Positions 57,718-64,000 of a stretch of 64,000 nt of DNA are shown here, piece after piece. Position numbers and translations under genes: made by a program. The first letter of the stretch is position 1. Each line of letters opens with the position of its first letter. This DNA is from Bdellovibrionota bacterium (lineage in GTDB: Bacteria; Bdellovibrionota_C; UBA2361; JBGSMV01): the NCBI GenBank assembly GCA_044356455.1, contig JBIKWF010000009.1:1-64000 (forward strand), read 5' to 3'. The notes beneath the pieces were generated by a model. The model had not been told where the DNA came from, searched no databases, and saw only the letters and a program-made list of their open reading frames with translations.

Positions 57718-59027
57718 GTTCTCACACATCCACCACGCAGGCACGCAGTAAGACTGGCGCATCTACTTCGCGCAGCAGAAAGCCTGTCCCTGCGGTTTTG
57801 GCGCTTGCCGACGGCACACTCTTTAGAGGGCAGGCTTTTGGTGCTCTCAAAGGACTCGAAGACGCGGCGCGCGGCGAGCTTTGTTTTAATACCTCGATGT
57901 CCGGCTACCAGGAGATCGTCACTGACCCAAGCTACGCTGGGCAAATGGTGTGCTTTACGTATCCGCACATTGGAAATGTCGGCTGCAATGTCGAGGACAA
58001 CGAAAGCGACCGTGTGCACACGACCGGTGTCATATTACGCGACTTAAGTCCCATAACGAGCAACTTTCGCGCGACTCAAAGCTTCTCGGCGTTTCTTGAG
58101 GACGCAGGGGTGATGGGAATCTCTGGCATCGATACACGCGCGCTCGTCACGAAGCTGCGTGATGACGGTGCTCAAATGGGAGCCATGGCAGCAGGCGCGT
58201 CAATAGACACCGAAGCACTTGTTGCCCTCGCGAAGGCCGAAGGGTCAATGGAGGGCAAGGACTACGTTAAAGCAGTGAGTTGTACGGAGCCCTATACGTG
58301 GCATGAACTCCCCTGGTCACTCGAGAGGCTACGCAGCACGGGAAGCGGCTACCGCCAGCTTGCAGATGAAGAGCTTTCGTCGCGGCCGCATGTGGTGGCC
58401 GTAGACTGCGGCGTCAAGCGGAATATTTTAAGACTACTCACCGACGTGGGCTTTCGGGTCTCCGTTGTTCCTGCGACCGTGACCTCACAGGAGATTCTCG
58501 CCCTCAGACCTGATGGCCTCTTCCTTTCAAACGGCCCAGGAGATCCGGCCACGCTGGGCTATCTTGTGAACGCCGTGCGCGGAGTAGTCGGCAGATTTCC
58601 CATTTTTGGAATCTGCTTAGGCCATCAGATTCTTGGCCAAGTGTTCGGGGGAAAAACCTACAAATTAAAATTCGGGCATCGCGGCGGAAATCACCCAGTC
58701 AAAGATCTCACGACGGGGCGAGTAGAAATCACCGTGCAGAACCATGGGTTTGCGGTTGACGAGAAATCCCTCGGTTCAGACGTTATGGTTTCACACCTTA
58801 ATCTTAATGACCGCACCGTTGAGGGTCTTGAAGCGCCGAAACATCTTGCCTTCTCGGTGCAGTACCACCCCGAGTCCTCACCTGGCCCGCATGATGCCCG
58901 TTATCTCTTTAGACGTTTCTACGAGCGCGTCGTGAATCCGAGTAGCGCTCCGGAACTCGCAAACCAAACGAGAGACAAGAAGGGCCCCGCTTCACGCGAG
59001 GGAACTAACCTTGGCGCAAGAATGTAG
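57714..59027 (+). CDS. carA: Carbamoyl-phosphate synthase small subunit
   Basis: FNTSMSGYQE..TDPSY, LSNGPGDP, GICLGHQ, QNHGF, QYHPES. Confidence 0.98.
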   Translation: MSSHTSTTQARSKTGASTSRSRKPVPAVLALADGTLFRGQAFGALKGLEDAARGELCFNTSMSGYQEIVTDPSYAGQMVCFTYPHIGNVGCNVEDNESDRVHTTGVILRDLSPITSNFRATQSFSAFLEDAGVMGISGIDTRALVTKLRDDGAQMGAMAAGASIDTEALVALAKAEGSMEGKDYVKAVSCTEPYTWHELPWSLERLRSTGSGYRQLADEELSSRPHVVAVDCGVKRNILRLLTDVGFRVSVVPATVTSQEILALRPDGLFLSNGPGDPATLGYLVNAVRGVVGRFPIFGICLGHQILGQVFGGKTYKLKFGHRGGNHPVKDLTTGRVEITVQNHGFAVDEKSLGSDVMVSHLNLNDRTVEGLEAPKHLAFSVQYHPESSPGPHDARYLFRRFYERVVNPSSAPELANQTRDKKGPASREGTNLGARM

Positions 59028-59081
59028 GGCAATGAGGGGGCCGTATTACGCGAACCGATTTTAAGAGTTTCAAGGTGTCAC

Positions 59082-62000
59082 ATGCCAAAACGTACAGATA
59101 TTAAAAGCATCCTTCTCATAGGCTCCGGTCCCATTGTCATTGGACAAGCCTGCGAGTTCGACTATTCCGGGACTCAGGCGATTAAGGCCCTCAAGGAAGA
59201 AGGGTACCGAGTGATTCTCATCAACTCGAACCCTGCGACCATCATGACCGACCCAGAGTTCGCCGACCGCACCTACATTGAACCTATCACGCCGGACTTT
59301 GTCGAAGAGGTAATTCGCGTTGAGCGTCCCGATGCCGTACTTCCCACCATGGGTGGACAGACGGCCCTGAATACGGCCCTCGAGCTTGAAGAGCGCGGGG
59401 TATTCAAGAAATACAATTGCGAGCTCATCGGCGCCAAAGTCGAAGCCATTAAGACCGCCGAGGACCGCGAGCTCTTCCGTAGAGCAATGGAAGAAATCGG
59501 CCTCGAATCGGCAAAGAGCGGTCTTGCTCGAACGGTTGAGGAAGCTGAGATGTATGCCGAAATTATCGGCTTTCCGCTCGTGCTGCGCCCTTCAAGAACT
59601 CTGGGTGGTTCTGGCGGCGGAATAGTGAAGAGCAAATCAGATTTAAAGCGCATGGTTTCTTACGCGCTATCTCTGAGCCCTAATCACGAAGTATTGGTCG
59701 AGGAGTCTCTCGTTGGGTGGAAGGAACTCGAACTTGAGGTGATGCGAGACCTCAAAGACAATGTCGTGATTGTCTGTTCCATTGAGAATTTTGACCCCAT
59801 GGGGGTTCACACCGGAGATTCCATTACCGTAGCTCCCATCCAAACGCTGACGGATAAAGAGTACCAGCTCGTGCGAGACGCTTCGATTAAGGTGATGCGC
59901 CGTATCGGCGTAGATACTGGCGGTTCAAACGTTCAGTTCGCCCTCAACCCAAAAGACGGCCGCCTGATTGTCATCGAAATGAACCCCCGCGTATCGCGAA
60001 GTTCGGCCCTCGCATCCAAAGCCACCGGTTTCCCAATTGCCAAAATTGCTGCCAAACTCGCCGTTGGCTACACGCTGGATGAGATTCGAAACGACATTAC
60101 CAAAGAGACGCCGGCGTGTTTTGAGCCGTCTATTGACTATACGGTGGTCAAGATCCCTCGCTTTAACTTCGAGAAGTTTCCTGGCGCTAAATCGGAGCTC
60201 GGCACTCAGATGAAGTCTGTCGGAGAAGTAATGGCCTTCGGCAGGAACTTCTCTGAGGCGCTTCAAAAAGCGATGACTTCTATGGAGCTAGGGTCCCATG
60301 GCTTCGATCGCCACGCACTCACGAAAGACCTTGGTAAGAACGAAATCCTCGACGCCTGCGCACGCCCATGCCCCGAGCGTTTATGGATAGTAGGGGAGGC
60401 GCTACGCTCCGGTCATTCCGTAGAAAATGTGTTTGCGAAGAGCGGGATTGACCCATGGTTCCTTACTTACATTCAACAGATGGTAGAGACGGAAAAGGAA
60501 CTGTCGGCCTCCGCGAGTGCCACAGGAAAGGAGGTAGCAAAGCGAGACGCCGAGCAGCGCCTTTCCGCTCTTGATTGGAAATCACTCAAGAACCAAGGCT
60601 TCTCCGACAAGCGCCTTGCAACGTTACTCGGTGCTACGGAAGACCAAGTTCGGGCCGCACGTATCGCGCAGGGCATTCGCCCCAGCTTTAAGCGTGTTGA
60701 TACCTGTGCAGGGGAGTTTGTGGCGGAGACTCCCTATCTCTACTCGAGCTACGACTACTTCGATGAAGCGCCTCCCACCTCGCGCAAGAAGATTTTGATT
60801 CTTGGCTCCGGGCCAAACCGTATTGGACAAGGAATTGAATTCGACTATTGCTGCGTGCATGCCGTCCTGGCTCTTAGGCAAGACGGTTTTGAAGCTATCA
60901 TGGTGAACTGCAACCCAGAGACGGTTTCAACCGACTACGATATTAGCGACAGGCTCTACTTCGAGCCGCTCACTCTTGAGCATGTTCTTAATGTGGTTGA
61001 GAGAGAGAAACCACATGGAGTCATTATCCAGTTTGGTGGCCAAACGCCCCTAAAATTGGCTTCGGCTCTCCAGGAGCGCGGCGTTCCCATCATAGGCACG
61101 TCGGTCGAGTCTATCGATATCGCTGAAGATAGAGAGCGCTTCGCAAAACTTGTCGACACCTTGGGACTGAAGCAACCAGAGTCCGTAACGGCACGCACCT
61201 CCGAGGAGGCAATCGCCGCGGCGCGCCAGATCGGATTTCCTCTCATGCTCAGACCCTCCTTTGTATTGGGCGGACGAGCCATGCGCGTCGTTCATAGCGA
61301 AAGTGAGCTCTCCAACGTGATCAGCGAAACGGTCGCAGCTTCAGATCAGCGCTCCGTTCTTCTCGATCGCTTTTTGCACAATGCAATCGAAGTTGACGTC
61401 GACTGCGTTTCGGACGGCTCGGAGGTTATCATTTCAGGCGTGATGGAACACATTGAGCGCGCGGGCATCCATTCGGGCGATAGCTCGTGCTGCATCCCGC
61501 CCCAAACCCTCTCCGCCGCGACCGTGCGTGAACTTAAGCGTCAGACTGAAGTGCTTGCGCGAAGTCTCAAAGTAGTTGGCCTCATGAATGTGCAATTTGC
61601 GGTGCAGAAGTCTGACAAGGGCGAGCCCACCGTGTATCTGCTCGAAGTCAATCCACGCGCCTCCCGTACCGTACCGTTTGTGTCGAAGGCGACGGGAATT
61701 CCTTGGGCAAAGGTTGCCGCAAGGGTCATGGCAGGCGCCTCCCTTAAGTCGATAGGCGTGCGAGAGGCGCCCGAGGCAGCGGGTGTGGCAGTAAAGGCCT
61801 GTGTGTTTCCGTTTGCCAAATTCCAGGGCGTCGACACCATTCTTGGCCCCGAGATGAAATCTACTGGCGAGGTCATGGGCCTGCACGCAAGCTTCGGGGG
61901 CAGCTTTGCTAAGGCTCAGCTTGCCGCCTCCATCAAGCTACCCCGGGCAGGGGCTGCCTTCCTCAGCGTTGCAGATGGAGACAAGGAGGAGCTTCCGGCG

Positions 62001-62387
62001 ATTGCCGAACGCCTCAAAGCCGAAGGCTTTTCCCTTCTCGCTACGCAGGGAACTGCCGAGTACCTCAAGAAGCGCGGCATAGAGGTTACTGCCGTGCGCA
62101 AGGTGCGGGACGGCTCCCCGCATATTGTGGATCTTCTCGGAGAAGGAAAGGTGCAGCTTGTGGTCAACACGCCAGAAGGGGGCACCTCTAAATCCATAGG
62201 CACCCTGCTTGACTCGCGCTCAATTCGGCTTGTGGCAAACGAGATGGGAATTCCCACCTTTACGACCATGGCCGCTGCGCTCGCGGGAGCTCATGCAATT
62301 CATTCGCTTAGGGAAGGAGAAGTGGTCCAGGTGCAGGCCCTGCAAGACTACCATAAGCTAGTGGTGGCGAGGGCTAAAGCTGCGTAA
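59082..62387 (+). CDS. carB: Carbamoyl-phosphate synthase large subunit
   Basis: [51 protein letters not shown] domain. Confidence 0.99.
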   Translation: MPKRTDIKSILLIGSGPIVIGQACEFDYSGTQAIKALKEEGYRVILINSNPATIMTDPEFADRTYIEPITPDFVEEVIRVERPDAVLPTMGGQTALNTALELEERGVFKKYNCELIGAKVEAIKTAEDRELFRRAMEEIGLESAKSGLARTVEEAEMYAEIIGFPLVLRPSRTLGGSGGGIVKSKSDLKRMVSYALSLSPNHEVLVEESLVGWKELELEVMRDLKDNVVIVCSIENFDPMGVHTGDSITVAPIQTLTDKEYQLVRDASIKVMRRIGVDTGGSNVQFALNPKDGRLIVIEMNPRVSRSSALASKATGFPIAKIAAKLAVGYTLDEIRNDITKETPACFEPSIDYTVVKIPRFNFEKFPGAKSELGTQMKSVGEVMAFGRNFSEALQKAMTSMELGSHGFDRHALTKDLGKNEILDACARPCPERLWIVGEALRSGHSVENVFAKSGIDPWFLTYIQQMVETEKELSASASATGKEVAKRDAEQRLSALDWKSLKNQGFSDKRLATLLGATEDQVRAARIAQGIRPSFKRVDTCAGEFVAETPYLYSSYDYFDEAPPTSRKKILILGSGPNRIGQGIEFDYCCVHAVLALRQDGFEAIMVNCNPETVSTDYDISDRLYFEPLTLEHVLNVVEREKPHGVIIQFGGQTPLKLASALQERGVPIIGTSVESIDIAEDRERFAKLVDTLGLKQPESVTARTSEEAIAAARQIGFPLMLRPSFVLGGRAMRVVHSESELSNVISETVAASDQRSVLLDRFLHNAIEVDVDCVSDGSEVIISGVMEHIERAGIHSGDSSCCIPPQTLSAATVRELKRQTEVLARSLKVVGLMNVQFAVQKSDKGEPTVYLLEVNPRASRTVPFVSKATGIPWAKVAARVMAGASLKSIGVREAPEAAGVAVKACVFPFAKFQGVDTILGPEMKSTGEVMGLHASFGGSFAKAQLAASIKLPRAGAAFLSVADGDKEELPAIAERLKAEGFSLLATQGTAEYLKKRGIEVTAVRKVRDGSPHIVDLLGEGKVQLVVNTPEGGTSKSIGTLLDSRSIRLVANEMGIPTFTTMAAALAGAHAIHSLREGEVVQVQALQDYHKLVVARAKAA

Positions 62388-62513
62388 CGGCTCAGTCAGG
62401 CCCTCGCTACCTTGGGCAAGGCTACCTAAGCGGGGATTTTGAGAACTCCCTGTTTTGTCATATTGTTACCTCTCACTTTATTGCGGTTAGTTTTTCTCGG
62501 ATGTAATGGCCTT

Positions 62514-63011
62514 ATGAAGCGTCCCATGACCCCTAACGGATATAACGCGCTGCGGCGCGAGCTAAAGCGCCTGAAGGCGTTAAGGCCTGAACTTTCGCTT
62601 GCCATCGAAATTGCGCGTGGCCATGGCGACCTTTCCGAAAACGGCGACTATGACGCCGCCAAAGAGAAGTCCGGAATGGTCGAGGCAAAAATTAGAGACG
62701 CCGAGACAAAACTTTCTAATGCTGATGTCATTGATCCAAGACGACTTACCGTCTCCGACCGTGTGGTTTTTGGCGTCTCCGTCAAGATTAGCGATGTCGA
62801 CAGCGGGGAAGAAAAGACGCTTCACATAGTAGGGAGCGATGAATCTGATGTGCAAAAGGGCATGATCTCTTTTGAATCGCCTCTCGGCAAAGGTCTTATC
62901 GGGCGCTCAGTAGGGGACGTCGCTCGTCTTCAGCTCCCTGGCGGAGTAAAGGAGTATGAAGTTCTCGAGGTCTTTATTGGATACAAACCGGACGAGGTTG
63001 TTGAGGAATAG
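62514..63011 (+). CDS. greA: Transcription elongation factor GreA
   Basis: PMTPNGY..ARGHGDLSENGDY..ISFESPLGKGLIG. Confidence 0.96.
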   Translation: MKRPMTPNGYNALRRELKRLKALRPELSLAIEIARGHGDLSENGDYDAAKEKSGMVEAKIRDAETKLSNADVIDPRRLTVSDRVVFGVSVKISDVDSGEEKTLHIVGSDESDVQKGMISFESPLGKGLIGRSVGDVARLQLPGGVKEYEVLEVFIGYKPDEVVEE

Positions 63012-63017
63012 ATAGCT

Positions 63018-64000
63018 ATGAAGGTCTATATTGTTTCAGGCTCTCGCACTCCGATTGGTTCCTTCGGTGGCTCTCTGGCTGGTACAAGCGCCGCGGAGCT
63101 TGGAGTCGCCGCAGCTACGGAAGCACTGCGCCGAGCCGGGATCAGCGCTTTGGATGGAAAGGCAAACACCCCAGTAAGCGCCTCAGTAGATGAAGTCATT
63201 GTCGGAAATGTCCTTGGCGCGGGACACGGGATGAACATCGCGCGCCAAGTTGCGATAAAGTCTGGCCTTGCGGCCACCACGCCGGCATACACGGTTAACA
63301 AGGTCTGCGGTTCAGGCCTTAAATCAGTGGCGCTCGCCTACTCTGAAATTCTTCATGGAAATGCGCACGTAATGCTTGCGGGTGGAACGGAGAGCATGTC
63401 GCAGGCGGCGTATGTATCGCTAGGCACGCGTTTTGGGGCGCGCATGGGCAGCTCTGAACTTAAAGACGTAATGCTGACTGACGGACTTACCGACGCGTTC
63501 TCGGGAACCCATATGGGAATTACCGCTGAAAACGTGGCTGAGAAGTATGGGATTTCACGCCAAGAGCAAGACGCCTTCGCCGCGGAGAGTCAGCGCAAGG
63601 CTGCCGCAGCCCAGAAAGCAGGAAAGTTCTCTGACGAGATAATTCCCGTGCTTCTTATGAAGCGTGGAAAACCAGTCGGCTCCTGCTCTGCGGATGAATA
63701 CCTAAGACCAGACACCACACCCGAAGCTCTCGCGAAGTTAAGCCCAGCCTTTAAGAGAGATGGATCCGTCACCGCAGGGAATGCGTCTGGCATTAATGAC
63801 GGAGCTGCAATGCTCGTGCTTATGTCGGAAAAAGCAGTACAGGAGAGAAAACTTTCGCCCCTTGCTGAGATTGTTGGAATTGCAAGCGCGGGCGTACCTC
63901 CTGAAATTATGGGAATTGGCCCCGTGGCCGCGACGAGAAAGCTCTTGGCGAACACCAAGCTTTCGATTTCTGACTTTGAGGTGATTGAGGCGAACGAGGC
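63018..64000 (+). CDS. Acetyl-CoA C-acyltransferase (thiolase), 3' truncated by window; absent from the supplied ORF track
   Basis: Hand translation: MKVYIVSGSRTPIGSFGG, VNKVCGSGL, TAGNASGINDGAA, EANEA. Confidence 0.95.
   Translation, partial: MKVYIVSGSRTPIGSFGGSLAGTSAAELGVAAATEALRRAGISALDGKANTPVSASVDEVIVGNVLGAGHGMNIARQVAIKSGLAATTPAYTVNKVCGSGLKSVALAYSEILHGNAHVMLAGGTESMSQAAYVSLGTRFGARMGSSELKDVMLTDGLTDAFSGTHMGITAENVAEKYGISRQEQDAFAAESQRKAAAAQKAGKFSDEIIPVLLMKRGKPVGSCSADEYLRPDTTPEALAKLSPAFKRDGSVTAGNASGINDGAAMLVLMSEKAVQERKLSPLAEIVGIASAGVPPEIMGIGPVAATRKLLANTKLSISDFEVIEANE

Overview
Gram-negative bacterial chromosome segment. Gene order (pyrR-pyrB-pyrC-carA-carB-greA, short EF-Ts, NtrC-type regulator, Pro/Thr-linker secreted proteins) suggests a deltaproteobacterial-like lineage such as Bdellovibrionota or Myxococcota; this is inference only. 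Housekeeping blocks: lolA-rimO-GT2, tal-zwf-opcA-pgl, purB-purS-purQ, rpsB-tsf-pyrH-frr-uppS-cdsA-dxr-rseP-tsaB-rho, the pyr/car operon, greA and a partial thiolase. Accessory content: (1) a secreted subtilase, giant Pro/Thr-rich protein and dockerin-tailed HAF-like protein cluster; (2) a cytochrome c-TlpA-DUF4266-DUF3570-ApbE flavinylation cluster; (3) a ~7.5 kb island with AAA ATPase, RelE/HigB toxin-antitoxin pair, pilin-like gene, two paralogous immunity-like genes and a decayed nucleotidyltransferase; (4) a receiver-prepilin fusion; (5) an effector-like protein with HEAT-repeat partner and kinase. Non-coding DNA holds at least three hairpin repeat families. The clearest is a ~130 bp MITE with IS5-like ends and YTAR target duplications, with 8 copies including a tandem trimer. 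No rRNA, tRNA, CRISPR array or transposase was seen.
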